Positions 1 to 10,624 of a DNA stretch of 64,000 nucleotides are shown here, in pieces. Positions within the stretch are counted from its first letter, which is position 1. Every line of letters starts with the position of its first letter. This stretch comes from an uncultured Aliarcobacter sp. GTDB taxonomy: Bacteria > Campylobacterota > Campylobacteria > Campylobacterales > Arcobacteraceae. The stretch covers positions 32,001 through 96,000 of the forward strand of contig CAXXLV010000002.1 of NCBI GenBank assembly GCA_963664305.2, read 5' to 3'. The position numbers and the translations under genes are program-made. Under the pieces are notes generated by a model. It saw only the letters and a list, made by a program, of their open reading frames with translations, had not been told where the DNA came from and made no database searches.

Positions 1-1215
1 AACAAATTAATTAAAAAGAGTTTAATTGCTACTTTAGCAGTAACATCAATTGCAACATCATCATTTGCAGCTGATACATTAGCTGATGCTTTTAGTAATG
101 GAAAAATAAAAGGTGATATTAAATCATACTATTTTGATGAAAATTATGATTCAGCAAAAACTTCTGATAATAGTATTTGGGTAAATGGTGGAAGTTTAAA
201 TTATGTTACAGATAGTTTTAATGGTGTAAAACTAGGTGCAACATTACAAACTTCACATGTTGGAACTATTGATGATGACACAGCTAAACAAGCAAAATTT
301 ATGGATGCATCAGGTTCAGTTTTATCTGAGGCTTATTTAGAATATAAATATGCAAATACAAGCTTTAAAGGTGGTAGACAATTTATCTCTTTACCTTTAA
401 TCAATGGTTCAGGTTCAAGACTTATAAAAGAATCATTTGAAGGTTACTTTTTAGCTAATAATGATATTCCAAATACTTTAGTATCTTTAGGAAAAGTTAC
501 AAAATATCAAACAAGAACAGATAGTGTAACAAGTGGAACAAATGGTGCATCTTTTTCAAATACAGAAGTAAATGATGGTGATGTTGGTGGATTTAATAAA
601 ATAGGTACAGATGGTGCTGTTTCATTATATATTAAAAATGATTCTATAAATAATTTAACTATTCAAGGTCATTATGTAGATTTTATTGATGAGGTTAAAG
701 ATTTATATGTAGATGCTACTTATAAATTTGGTGGAGATTTTAAACCATTTGTAGCAGCACAATATTATGATTCAAATTATGATAAAGCTACAGTTAAAGA
801 TAGCTCATTATATGGTTATAAAATTGGGGCTACATTCTTTACAGTAGATTTTCATGCTGCTTATACATCAGCAGATGATAAAGGAAATGTAAATAGAGGT
901 ATAGGTGAAGCTGCAACTGCATCATTTACTTCTTCAACAACAACAACTGGAAACTATACAGCGGGTACTGATTCATGGCAAATTGGTGCTTCTAAGAAAT
1001 TTGGAAATTTAACTACAAAAATTTCTTATACTGATAGTGATTCTTTATTAGTAAAAAATGATTTAAAACAAACATATTTAGGTGCACAATATAAATTCTC
1101 TGGGGCACTTAAAAATTTAGCAATGTCAGCTGATTATACTATCTATGAAAATGGAAAAGGTAATGAATCTAAAGATAAAGATGAGTTAAGATTAAAAGCA
1201 ATTTATTCTTTTTAA
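1..1215 (+). CDS. OprD-like outer membrane porin, 5' end just outside the window
   Basis: Frame 1 is open from base 1 (NKLIKKSLIATLAVTSIATSSFAADTLADAF, a signal peptide), continues into the 301..1215 ORF and ends in a beta-barrel-type terminal Phe (LRLKAIYSF). Confidence 0.8.
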   Translation, partial: NKLIKKSLIATLAVTSIATSSFAADTLADAFSNGKIKGDIKSYYFDENYDSAKTSDNSIWVNGGSLNYVTDSFNGVKLGATLQTSHVGTIDDDTAKQAKFMDASGSVLSEAYLEYKYANTSFKGGRQFISLPLINGSGSRLIKESFEGYFLANNDIPNTLVSLGKVTKYQTRTDSVTSGTNGASFSNTEVNDGDVGGFNKIGTDGAVSLYIKNDSINNLTIQGHYVDFIDEVKDLYVDATYKFGGDFKPFVAAQYYDSNYDKATVKDSSLYGYKIGATFFTVDFHAAYTSADDKGNVNRGIGEAATASFTSSTTTTGNYTAGTDSWQIGASKKFGNLTTKISYTDSDSLLVKNDLKQTYLGAQYKFSGALKNLAMSADYTIYENGKGNESKDKDELRLKAIYSF

Positions 1216-1223
1216 TAAAATAA

Positions 1224-1255
1224 ATAAAAAGTTTGAAGAAATTCAAGCTTTTTAT
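1224..1255. terminator. Probable bidirectional intrinsic terminator
   Basis: Imperfect hairpin ATAAAAAGTTTGAA-GAAA-TTCAAGCTTTTTAT between convergent genes. Confidence 0.55.
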
Positions 1256-1306
1256 ATTTGTGACTAAAATTTCGAAATCAAAAAAAAGCGAACAAAAGGA
1301 GAGATA

Positions 1307-1813
1307 TTAATATCTCTTCTTTAAATTACTACTATTTAATTCTTCAGAACAAACAATTATCCCATCTTCATCAGCATATAAAAAGTCGCCACTATTAAAA
1401 GTAACACCTCCAAATTTAAGTTCAATGTTTCTTTCTCCTTTATTTTTTTCAAAATTTCTTAAAGGACAAGTTCCTAATGCAATAAGACCAATTTTAAATT
1501 TATTAGTTTCTTTAATATCTCTTACATATCCATTTATAATAATTGCTTTATAGTTATTGTTTTCCGCAAATAATGATAGTTTATCTCCTACAATACCATA
1601 AAATTCTCTATCAACATCAACAACTACGATTTTCTCAGTTCCATCTTCATCTTTCAGCATAGAAAGTAAGTCCCAATTACTTTTGTTTAATTTGATAGTT
1701 GTTATTTGTCCGAAAAAACCAACTAAACCACCATAATTTCTGAATTCTGATGACAATACTTGTATGTTTTTATCTTGATTTTCATCACATAAATCTGCAG
1801 TGCTAAAATACAT
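1307..1813 (-). CDS. RraA / HMG-aldolase family protein
   Basis: STADLCD start, INGYVRD and GDFLYADEDGIIV motifs. Confidence 0.85.
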   Translation of the reverse strand: MYFSTADLCDENQDKNIQVLSSEFRNYGGLVGFFGQITTIKLNKSNWDLLSMLKDEDGTEKIVVVDVDREFYGIVGDKLSLFAENNNYKAIIINGYVRDIKETNKFKIGLIALGTCPLRNFEKNKGERNIELKFGGVTFNSGDFLYADEDGIIVCSEELNSSNLKKRY

Positions 1814-2384
1814 ATAGATACTCCTTTTTTTCTGAATAGTATAATATTAATCTTTCAGTAAGCTTGCAAATTAGTTTATTAATTTAAGTTTTTATTAATT
1901 ATTAAATAGGGAAAAGTGAGAATTTATAAAGTTATATTTTTAAGTATTAAAGATTATTTATTAGATTTATTGTTCTATCAACAGAATTTTTTGCTAATTG
2001 ATAGTTATTTTAAGAATATAATATTTTTCCAAATAAAGTTTTAAAAATAGTATTTTTTAGACAAGAATAATATTTATTGAAAAACATTATTCGTAATAAA
2101 TATACTCTTTTAAAGAAATTATTTTTAACATCTGTTTTCCGACACCCTAGTTTAAAATCAAAAAAAGTACAGAAAAAGCACAAAATGCCATGAAATAAGT
2201 ATATGATAAATACTATCGGATTCTAATGTAGTACGAAAATTAAGAATAAAGAGTTTTTCGTATACTTAGATTTTAATATAGAAAGTGAAGGATTGATTAA
2301 ATATGTAATAGAAGAAAGAATGTTTTGGAACTAAGAATTAATATAATAAATTATTATAAAAATATTATAATATTTTTTAATAAA

Positions 2385-2782
2385 TGGTGGAGATGTGCGG
2401 GATCGAACCGCAGTCTTAAAACAGATCATAGAAGCGTCTACATGCTTAGCAAAGTTGAAAGATTTCACTTCATGACAGCTCAACTTCCAAAAGCAATCAC
2501 AAAGCTAAGATTTAAAATTTCTCTTTAAAGCCCAATCACAACCTCAAAGATAATCTATCTAGGGTGAACCAGCGATAATCTACATAGATAGAATCTGTAG
2601 TGCTAGCCTCCGAAGACTCAAGCCGTTAGGCGAGTCAATAAGTTGTTAAACTTACGCAGCTTTTGCGTAAGCTGGAGCGTAATTTGTATTGTTTGCGTCT
2701 AAAAAAAATGAACCGCGTAACGGCATGTTCAGGCCGACATGCAACTAATACTCACTGCTCTAATCGATACCAAGTCATCCCC
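2385..2782 (-). ncRNA. ssrA: tmRNA
   Basis: Minus strand begins GGGGATGACTTGGTATCGA and ends in a T-arm plus CTCCACCA; internal tag reading frame ANNTNYAPAYAKAA* at 2696..2652. Confidence 0.97.
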
Positions 2783-2895
2783 ATAATTTAAAAACGAAGT
2801 TTACATAACAAATTATTAAAAGCATGTTAATTGTAATCAAATTGTTATCAAATACCAAATGAGTTTTTGTTTCAATGGTTCTTATACTTTAAAAC

Positions 2896-2903
2896 TGTAT
2901 AAT
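2896..2903 (+). promoter_or_regulatory. Probable sigma70 -10 box (TATAAT)
   Basis: TATAAT at 2898-2903, about 30 nt upstream of the 2935 start. Confidence 0.5.
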
Positions 2904-2934
2904 GGTTACATAAAAATATATCGGAGTGAATAAA

Positions 2935-4128
2935 ATGAGCAAAAAAGGTATTTTAATTATTGGGGCAGGTGGTGTAAGTAGAGTAGCCACTGTTAAATGT
3001 GCAATGAATATTGACACATTTGAACATATTACATTAGCTTCTAGAACAGTTTCTAAATGTGAAGCAATTGCTGCTGATATTTTAAAAAATCAAGGTGTAA
3101 AAATTGATGTAGCTAGTGTTAATGCTGATAGTGTTGATGAATTAGTAAAATTAATTGAAAAAGTAAATCCTAAATTAGTATTAAATGTAGCATTACCATA
3201 CCAAGATTTAACAATAATGGACGCTTGTACAAAATGTAAAGTTGATTATGTAGATACTGCAAATTATGAACATCCAGATGAAGCAAAATTTGAATATAAA
3301 CTTCAATGGGAAAGAGATGGACAATTTAAAGAAGCTGGAATTATGGGATTATTAGGTTCAGGTTTTGACCCAGGTGTTACAGGAGTATTTTGTGCATATG
3401 CTCAACAAAATTTATTTGATGAGATTCACTATATTGATATTATGGATTGTAATGCAGGTGACCATGGTTATAAATTTGCAACAAACTTTAATCCAGAAAT
3501 TAACTTAAGAGAAGTATCTGCAAATGGTAGATATTGGGAAAATGGTCAATGGATTGAAACAACTCCTTTAGAAATTAGAGTTGACCATGACTATCCTGAA
3601 GTTGGTGTAAAACCATCTTATTTACTATATCATGAAGAGTTAGAGTCTTTATCAAAAAATATTAAAGGTTTAAAAAGAATTAGATTCTTTATGACTTTTG
3701 GTGATGCTTATATTCAACATATGAATTGTTTACAAAATGTTGGAATGTTAGGTATTGAGCCAGTTGAACATAAAGGTATGATGATTACTCCAATTGAATT
3801 TTTAACTACATTATTACCAGATCCAGCAAGCCTTGGACCAAGAACTGTTGGTAAAACAAATATTGGATGTATCATTGAAGGTATTAAAGATGGAAAACCA
3901 AGAAAAGTTTATATCTATAACGTTTGTGACCACCAAGAGTGTTATAAAGAAACAGGAGCACAAGCTGTTTCATATACTACAGGAGTTCCTGCAATGATTG
4001 GTTCTAAATTACTTTACAAAGGTATTTGGAAAAATACAGGAGTATTTAACATTGAAGAGTTTGATGCAAAACCATTTATGGATGAGTTAATGACTCAAGG
4101 TCTTCCTTGGAAAATTTTAGAGTTATAA
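2935..4128 (+). CDS. Carboxy(nor)spermidine synthase/dehydrogenase (saccharopine dehydrogenase family)
   Basis: GAGGV Rossmann motif, YVDTANYE, GSGFDPGVT, NFNPEINLRE; next to nspC. ATG 2935 follows GGAG. Confidence 0.9.
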   Translation: MSKKGILIIGAGGVSRVATVKCAMNIDTFEHITLASRTVSKCEAIAADILKNQGVKIDVASVNADSVDELVKLIEKVNPKLVLNVALPYQDLTIMDACTKCKVDYVDTANYEHPDEAKFEYKLQWERDGQFKEAGIMGLLGSGFDPGVTGVFCAYAQQNLFDEIHYIDIMDCNAGDHGYKFATNFNPEINLREVSANGRYWENGQWIETTPLEIRVDHDYPEVGVKPSYLLYHEELESLSKNIKGLKRIRFFMTFGDAYIQHMNCLQNVGMLGIEPVEHKGMMITPIEFLTTLLPDPASLGPRTVGKTNIGCIIEGIKDGKPRKVYIYNVCDHQECYKETGAQAVSYTTGVPAMIGSKLLYKGIWKNTGVFNIEEFDAKPFMDELMTQGLPWKILEL

Positions 4129-4153
4129 TAAATCTTGAATAGAGGAGTTTATT

Positions 4154-4318
4154 ATGCAAAAATATATTTGTACAGCTTGTGACTACATATATGATCCAGC
4201 TGTTGGTGATCCTGATAGTGGGATTGAGGCAGGAACTGCATTTGAAGATTTACCCCAAGATTGGTCTTGTCCAGATTGTGGAGTAGGGAAAGAAGATTTT
4301 GAGCCATATGAAGAATAG
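4154..4318 (+). CDS. Rubredoxin, 54 aa (absent from the ORF track)
   Basis: [54 protein letters not shown], two CxxC motifs, GAGGAG RBS. Confidence 0.95.
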   Translation: MQKYICTACDYIYDPAVGDPDSGIEAGTAFEDLPQDWSCPDCGVGKEDFEPYEE

Positions 4319-5456
4319 TTATACAACAGTAGATAGCTTTGATAAGCTTCCAAGCCCAAGTTTTGTTTGTGAAGAAGCATTACTTGAAAAAAATTTAAAA
4401 CTTTTAAAAAGAGTTCAAGATGAAGCTGATATTAGTATTCTTCTTGCTCTTAAAGGTTTTGCAATGCATTCAACTTTTGATTTATGTAAAAAATATCTTA
4501 AAGGTTGTTGTGCATCAGGTCTTCATGAAGCGATTTTAGCAAAAGAAGAGTTTGGTGGAGAAGTACATACTTATAGCCCAGCTTTTAAAGATGAAGAAAT
4601 AGATGAAATTATAGCTATTTCAAATCATCTTGTTTTTAACTCTTTTAGCCAACTAAAAAGATACAAAGATAAAGCTTTTGGAAAAGTATCTTTAGGTATT
4701 AGATTAAATCCTGAATACTCTTCAGTTGAAGTTGATTTATATAATCCTTGTGCACCATTTTCAAGAATGGGAACAACAAAAGCGAACTTTGATGAATCTC
4801 AACTTGAATTTTTAGATGGTTTTCACTTTCATGCACTTTGTGAACAAAATGTAGATGCACTTGAAGGTGCGCTTGCAGCTTTTGAAAAAAACTTTAGCCA
4901 ATATTTTGATAAATTAAAATGGGTAAATTTTGGTGGTGGTCATCATATTACAAGAGCTGATTATGATGTAGAAGGATTAATCAAACTTTTAAAAGATTTC
5001 AAATCAAGATATCCACATTTAAAAGTTTATATGGAGCCAGGTGAAGCAATTGGTTGGCAAACAGGTTATTTGATGGCAACTGTTTTAGATGTGATTCACA
5101 ATGGTATGGATTTAGCAATTTTAGATACAAGTGCTGAAGCTCATATGCCTGATACTTTAGCAATGCCTTATAGAGCTATGATTAGAAATAGTGGTGTTGC
5201 TGGGGAAAAAGCATATACATATAGATTAGGTGGAAATACTTGTTTATCTGGTGATATAATTGGTGATTACTCTTTTGATGAGCCATTAAAAGTAGGTGAT
5301 AGAATTATTTTAGAAGATATGATTCATTATACTATGGTAAAAACGACAACTTTTAATGGTATAAAATTACCTTCAATTGTTATAAAACATAATGAAAACA
5401 ATTATCAAATTATAAAAAACTTTGGGTATAATGACTATAAAGTAAGACTTTCATAG
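4308..5456 (+). CDS. nspC: Carboxynorspermidine decarboxylase
   Basis: LLALKGF PLP lysine, [34 protein letters not shown]. Confidence 0.93.
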   Translation: MKNSYTTVDSFDKLPSPSFVCEEALLEKNLKLLKRVQDEADISILLALKGFAMHSTFDLCKKYLKGCCASGLHEAILAKEEFGGEVHTYSPAFKDEEIDEIIAISNHLVFNSFSQLKRYKDKAFGKVSLGIRLNPEYSSVEVDLYNPCAPFSRMGTTKANFDESQLEFLDGFHFHALCEQNVDALEGALAAFEKNFSQYFDKLKWVNFGGGHHITRADYDVEGLIKLLKDFKSRYPHLKVYMEPGEAIGWQTGYLMATVLDVIHNGMDLAILDTSAEAHMPDTLAMPYRAMIRNSGVAGEKAYTYRLGGNTCLSGDIIGDYSFDEPLKVGDRIILEDMIHYTMVKTTTFNGIKLPSIVIKHNENNYQIIKNFGYNDYKVRLS

Positions 5457-5465
5457 GAGAAAATA

Positions 5466-6407
5466 ATGTCGGGGCACGAAAGAAATATATTAAATAGTGA
5501 ATTTTCAGATATGGAAGTTGTTGATACGAAAGAGTGTTTAAAACATGATTATAAAGATAAAAGTAGAAAAAGAAAAAAACTAAAAGAAAAAGAAGAAGAT
5601 GGAGTTGAAAAAGTTCAGATTTGGGTTAGAAAAGAGACTTTAGAGTACGAAAGAGAATTAACTAAACTTCAAATTGAACTTTTAAAACTTCAAAATCATG
5701 TAAAAGAAAAAGGTTTAAAAATCTTAATGCTTTTTGAAGGAAGAGATGCTGCTGGAAAAGGTGGAACGATAAAAAGAATTACTGAACACTTAAATCCAAG
5801 GGGAGCAAGAGTTGTTGCTTTAGAAAAACCAAGTGATATTGAAAAAACACAATGGTATTTTCAAAGATATACTCAACATCTTCCAAGTGCAGGAGAAATA
5901 GTATTTTTTGATAGGTCTTGGTATAACAGAGCAGGTGTTGAACCTGTTATGGGATTTTGTACAACAGAAGAACATCATGAATTTTTAAGAGAAGTTCCAG
6001 AATTTGAAAGAATGCTTGTGAAATCTGGGATTATTTTGATGAAGTTTTATTTTTCTGTTTCAAAAAAAGAGCAATTAAAAAGATTTAAAAAAAGAGAAAT
6101 AGATCCTTTAAAACAATATAAACTTTCACCTGTAGATAAAGAGTCTCAAAATTTATGGGAAAAGTATACTATTGCTAAATTCTCAATGTTAATGGCTTCA
6201 AATACAGACGTTGCCCCGTGGACTGTAATTAGAAGTGATGATAAGAAAAGAGCTAGATTAAATTGTATTAGATATATTTTATCAAATATTGATTATGAGA
6301 AAAAAACTGATGAAGATTTATTTAATATTGATAGAGATATTTTAATAACTGGTTCAGAAGAGATAGAAAATATGGAACAAGACAACAAATTTTCGAGGTT
6401 ACCATAA
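5466..6407 (+). CDS. ppk2: Polyphosphate kinase 2
   Basis: FEGRDAAGKGG Walker A, FDRSWYNRAGVE. Confidence 0.93.
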   Translation: MSGHERNILNSEFSDMEVVDTKECLKHDYKDKSRKRKKLKEKEEDGVEKVQIWVRKETLEYERELTKLQIELLKLQNHVKEKGLKILMLFEGRDAAGKGGTIKRITEHLNPRGARVVALEKPSDIEKTQWYFQRYTQHLPSAGEIVFFDRSWYNRAGVEPVMGFCTTEEHHEFLREVPEFERMLVKSGIILMKFYFSVSKKEQLKRFKKREIDPLKQYKLSPVDKESQNLWEKYTIAKFSMLMASNTDVAPWTVIRSDDKKRARLNCIRYILSNIDYEKKTDEDLFNIDRDILITGSEEIENMEQDNKFSRLP

Positions 6408-7525
6408 TGAATTTGAATGAATTTGAAAGAACAAATCATAGTGGATTATATATTTCAAAAGATACTCATCCTGAGTTTGGAAGAAAATATATAGTTCGAT
6501 TTCAACATGATAAAAAAAGATATGTAAAAGTTTTAGGTTATACAAAACGAGATAATTTAACAAGAAAAGATGCTATTGAATTGATGCAATCTTTTAAAGA
6601 TTCGATAATATCAAAAACAGAAGAAAAAACTACTTTAGAGGAAGAAGAATTGGTAACTAAAGATAATGAAGCTTTAAAAAAATTAAAAGAAGAAAATGAT
6701 TTTCTAAAATCAATTTTAGGTAACTATGAAAAGTTGAATCCTCATGTTTTATCTGAAGGTATTCAAAAGATTTATGATTTAGAAGCTTTAAAAAAATATC
6801 AAATAGAGTTAATCAAACTTCAAAATTGGTTGGAAAAAGAGAATAAAAGAATGATTATTATCTTTGAAGGAAGAGATGCTTCTGGAAAAGGTGGAGCAAT
6901 TAGAAGAATTACTAGATATATGAATAATAAACATTATAGAGTAGTTGCTCTTGGAAAACCAACAGAAACTCAAAAAAATCAATGGTTTTTACAAAGATAT
7001 ATTACTCATTTCCCAACAGGTGGAGAGATAGTTTTATTTGATAGAAGTTGGTACAATAGAGCGATGGTTGAGCCAATTTTTGGATTTTGTACACCTGAAG
7101 AACATGAAATTTTTATGGAAGATATTGTTAATTTTGAACAAGATTTAGTAAGACAAGGAATGATTCTAATAAAACTATATTTTTCTGTTTCAAAAGAAGA
7201 GCAAAAAAGAAGATTTGAAAGAAGAATTCATGATCCATTAAGACAATGGAAATTCTCAGAAGTTGACATGCAAGCTCAAGATTTATGGGATGAGTTCTCT
7301 GAAAAAAAATATGAAATGTTAAGAAGAACTACTTCAAGAAGTGCTCCTTGGCATATTGTAAGAAGTGATAATAAGCATCTAGCAAGATTAGAGGCTATGA
7401 AAATTATTTTAAATTCTGTTGATTATGATGGGAGAAACTATTCTTTAGATTTTGAAGCTAATGAAGATGTAAATATCTCTGTTCAAAAAGAGCTTTTACA
7501 AATGAGAAAAACAAAAGATTATTAA
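6407..7525 (+). CDS. ppk2: Polyphosphate kinase 2 with an N-terminal extension of about 120 aa
   Basis: FEGRDASGKGG, FDRSWYNRAMVE; TAATG overlap with the upstream ppk2. Confidence 0.9.
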   Translation: MNLNEFERTNHSGLYISKDTHPEFGRKYIVRFQHDKKRYVKVLGYTKRDNLTRKDAIELMQSFKDSIISKTEEKTTLEEEELVTKDNEALKKLKEENDFLKSILGNYEKLNPHVLSEGIQKIYDLEALKKYQIELIKLQNWLEKENKRMIIIFEGRDASGKGGAIRRITRYMNNKHYRVVALGKPTETQKNQWFLQRYITHFPTGGEIVLFDRSWYNRAMVEPIFGFCTPEEHEIFMEDIVNFEQDLVRQGMILIKLYFSVSKEEQKRRFERRIHDPLRQWKFSEVDMQAQDLWDEFSEKKYEMLRRTTSRSAPWHIVRSDNKHLARLEAMKIILNSVDYDGRNYSLDFEANEDVNISVQKELLQMRKTKDY

Positions 7526-7534
7526 TCTTTTGTT

Positions 7535-9217
7535 TTACCAAGGATTGGAAATGGAATCTTCTTTTGAAGATTCCATTTTTTTTAGCATTGAATTCGTTTT
7601 TTGATTTTCAAGTTCTTTTAACCATTTCTCTTCTTCAAAATTAGAGATTTCTTCCTTTTTATTTATTTGTTCATCTTTAGAGTTTTTTTGATTCTCTTTT
7701 TCTCTTTCTTTGGATTTATTTTCATTTTTTTGAGATGAATTTTCTTTATTTTCTTCTTGTTTTTGATTATCTTCTTTCTTCTTTTGCTCATCTTGCTTGT
7801 TTTTATTATCTTGATTTTTGTTATCTTCTTTTTTATTTTCTAAAAGTTTTTTTACCAATTCTAAATTTTCTTTTGTTTTTATATCATTTTTTAATTCTAA
7901 AGCTTTTTCATAACTATTAACTGCATTTTGAAAATCACTATTTTTCGCATAGGCATTTCCTAGATTGTGAAGCCTTTTAAACTCTAAATCATTTGATGAA
8001 GTTTTTATACTGTTATATGTATCTATTGCTTCTTTAAATTTATTTTCTTTATATAAACTATTTGCCAAATCATAATCTCTAAATTCATTTGAATCAAGTT
8101 TTTCAAACTCTTTTGATGCTTTAGTATAATCTTTATTTTCATAAGCTTTATTAGCTTCATTTATTGTTTTAAAATCAAAAATAGAAGAGGCAATTAATTG
8201 TGAATTTGTAAAATTAAAACTAAAAAATAGAATAAAAATTAGCAGTTTTATTTTTTTTAAATTTGGCATTGATGAAAAAGCAATCAGAAGTAAAAAAAGA
8301 GCAATAGCTAGAGGATAATAAAAAAGTTCAGTGTACGTTTTATATTTTCTTTCATCAAACTTTTCTTTATTAGATTTAGAATTTATATCGTCTAAAATCT
8401 GATTTATATCAGAATTGTCCAAAGAGTATTCAATATATCCACCATTTGTTTTTAAACTTAAATCTTTTATTTTTGAGTTTAATTTCACATTTACAATATT
8501 TCCATCTTTTGTTGTTAAAAAGTTTCCATTTTCTTCTTTTACAGCAGAGCCTTGAGAAGTTGCAAGAGCTAATGTATAAATTTTGATATTGTTTTTATTT
8601 GCAAAATTTATCTCTTCATCAAAATCTTCTTTATCACCGCCATCTGTTAATAAAAGAAGATTTTTATTTGAATAATCTTTCAATAATTTATTTGTTGACT
8701 CAAGAGTTGAATAGATATTTGTTCCATTGTCAAAATTTATTCCTGTATCTAGATTATTTATCAAAATTTTTAAAGAATTAAAATCTTCAGTTACAGGAGA
8801 GAGTAAAAAAGAGGATTTTGCAAACAAAATAACGCCAATAGCTTCTGTTTTTGAATTATCCAAAATATTTAAAAGTTTTTGTTTTGCAAATTCTAATCGA
8901 TTTGGATATAAATCAATTGCTTTCATTGATTTTGATACATCAATAGCAATTATTATTGGAGTTAATGAAGTCTCAGAATTATTTATTTTTTCATTAGTTA
9001 CTGGACGAGCTAATGCAATAATCATAAAAATCAGTGATAAAAAAAGAATAATATTTCTTGTTTTATTTGAAAAATATTGATTTGAAATACTTAGTTTATT
9101 TAGAGCAGTTTTGGAAAAATAGTTTTCTAATTTATTTTGTTTTGAAAGTATAAAATACATTAAGATAAAGCTAGGTATCAACATCAAAAATAGTACTTTA
9201 TAGTAGACAAAATTCAA
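7535..9217 (-). CDS. VWA domain plus TPR protein (BatB/BatC-like)
   Basis: IALARP, DVSKSM MIDAS motif, LLTDGG, TPR repeats (HNLGNAYAK), charged tail ending NPW. Confidence 0.8.
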   Translation of the reverse strand: MNFVYYKVLFLMLIPSFILMYFILSKQNKLENYFSKTALNKLSISNQYFSNKTRNIILFLSLIFMIIALARPVTNEKINNSETSLTPIIIAIDVSKSMKAIDLYPNRLEFAKQKLLNILDNSKTEAIGVILFAKSSFLLSPVTEDFNSLKILINNLDTGINFDNGTNIYSTLESTNKLLKDYSNKNLLLLTDGGDKEDFDEEINFANKNNIKIYTLALATSQGSAVKEENGNFLTTKDGNIVNVKLNSKIKDLSLKTNGGYIEYSLDNSDINQILDDINSKSNKEKFDERKYKTYTELFYYPLAIALFLLLIAFSSMPNLKKIKLLIFILFFSFNFTNSQLIASSIFDFKTINEANKAYENKDYTKASKEFEKLDSNEFRDYDLANSLYKENKFKEAIDTYNSIKTSSNDLEFKRLHNLGNAYAKNSDFQNAVNSYEKALELKNDIKTKENLELVKKLLENKKEDNKNQDNKNKQDEQKKKEDNQKQEENKENSSQKNENKSKEREKENQKNSKDEQINKKEEISNFEEEKWLKELENQKTNSMLKKMESSKEDSISNPW

Positions 9218-9308
9218 CTAAAACTCCTTTGAAAAAGGTATTTTAGTAAAGCCTTAGTAATTTTTAGATAAAATCTGCGTTAAAATTATAACAATCGGAG
9301 TAAATTTA

Positions 9309-10610
9309 ATGGAATTTAACGCAAATAGAGTTGATGAAGCAAATGCAGTTATTACTGCAACAGTTGCAAAAGAGATGATAGAAGCAAACTTAGATAAAGT
9401 TGCAAAACAAGCTTCTAAAACTATGAATATTCAGGGATTTAGAAAAGGTAAAGTTCCTGTTGCTGTTGTAAAACAAAGATTTGCAGAAAAATTAAAAGAA
9501 GATGCAGAAGCTGATGCAGTTAGAAAAGTTTTAAAAGATGGTTTAAAACTATTAGACATTAAAAATGAAGATTTAATTGGTGAACCAACTGTTAGCAAAT
9601 TTGATAAAAAAGAAGATGGTTCAATTGAAATCGAATTATCAGTAGCTTGTAAACCAAATATTGATTTAGGTGATTATAAATCATTAGTTCCTGAAGTTAA
9701 AGATATTGATGTTGATATTAAAGAAATTGATGCAAGATTAACAGAAATTGCTTCATCTTCTGCTCCATTAGAAAAAATTGCAAGAAAAAGAGCTGTAAAA
9801 GATGGTGATTTCGCATTAATCGATTTTGAAGGTTTTGTTGATGGTGTTGCATTTGAAGGTGGAAAAGCTGAAAAATATCCATTACAAATAGGTTCAGGTT
9901 CATTTATCCCAGGATTTGAAGAACAAATTATTGGTATGAAATATGATGAGCAAAAAGATATCACTGTAACTTTCCCAGAATCTTACCAAGCAAAAAATTT
10001 AGCTGGAAAAGAAGCTGTATTTAAAGTAACTTTACATGAAATTCAAGAAAAAGTTGCTCCTGAATTAAATGATGAATTTGCACAAAAAATGTTACCAGGT
10101 CAAGAAAATGTAACTATTGATACATTAAGAGATAGAGTAAAAGAGCAAATGAAAGCTGAAGAAAAATCTAAATACTATAGAGAAGAATTAAAACCTACAT
10201 ATTTAGAAACTTTAGTTGAGAGAATAGAATTTGCATTACCAAATTCTGTAGTTGATCAAGAAATCAATTTTGCTTTAAATAACAAAATTAGAGCAATGAG
10301 TGAAGAAGAGATTAACGCATTAAAAGAAGATGCTTCAAAAGTAGAAGAAATCAGAAATGAATTAAAACAAGATGCAGTAAATTCAGTTAAAGCTACATTT
10401 ATTATTGATGCTCTTGCAAAAGCTGAAAATGTTCAAGTAAATGATCAAGAAGTTATGCAAGTTCTTTATTATGAAGCAATGCAAATGGGACAAAATCCAC
10501 AAGAAGTGGTAAAACAATACCAAGAAGCTGGATATTTACCTGCAATTAAAATGTCTATGATTGAAGAGAAAGTTATATCTAAATTATTAGATGAAAAATT
10601 AGGAAAATAA
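9309..10610 (+). CDS. tig: Trigger factor
   Basis: GFRKGKVP ribosome-binding motif, FKBP domain (FIPGFEEQ). Confidence 0.97.
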   Translation: MEFNANRVDEANAVITATVAKEMIEANLDKVAKQASKTMNIQGFRKGKVPVAVVKQRFAEKLKEDAEADAVRKVLKDGLKLLDIKNEDLIGEPTVSKFDKKEDGSIEIELSVACKPNIDLGDYKSLVPEVKDIDVDIKEIDARLTEIASSSAPLEKIARKRAVKDGDFALIDFEGFVDGVAFEGGKAEKYPLQIGSGSFIPGFEEQIIGMKYDEQKDITVTFPESYQAKNLAGKEAVFKVTLHEIQEKVAPELNDEFAQKMLPGQENVTIDTLRDRVKEQMKAEEKSKYYREELKPTYLETLVERIEFALPNSVVDQEINFALNNKIRAMSEEEINALKEDASKVEEIRNELKQDAVNSVKATFIIDALAKAENVQVNDQEVMQVLYYEAMQMGQNPQEVVKQYQEAGYLPAIKMSMIEEKVISKLLDEKLGK

Positions 10611-10624
10611 TATAGGATTAAATT

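Noticed and set aside
1971..2144. MITE bounded by TGT...ACA near ssrA
   Set aside because: The two ends match only weakly and there is no flanking duplication.
2325..2528. 67-aa ORF
   Set aside because: Antisense to the tmRNA 3' half; not a protein gene.
4183..4380. 65-aa minus-strand ORF
   Set aside because: Shadow of rubredoxin and nspC on the plus strand.
7735..9080. Short plus-strand ORFs inside the VWA-TPR gene, and similar short antisense ORFs elsewhere
   Set aside because: Leu/Phe/Tyr-rich shadow frames typical of AT-rich coding DNA.
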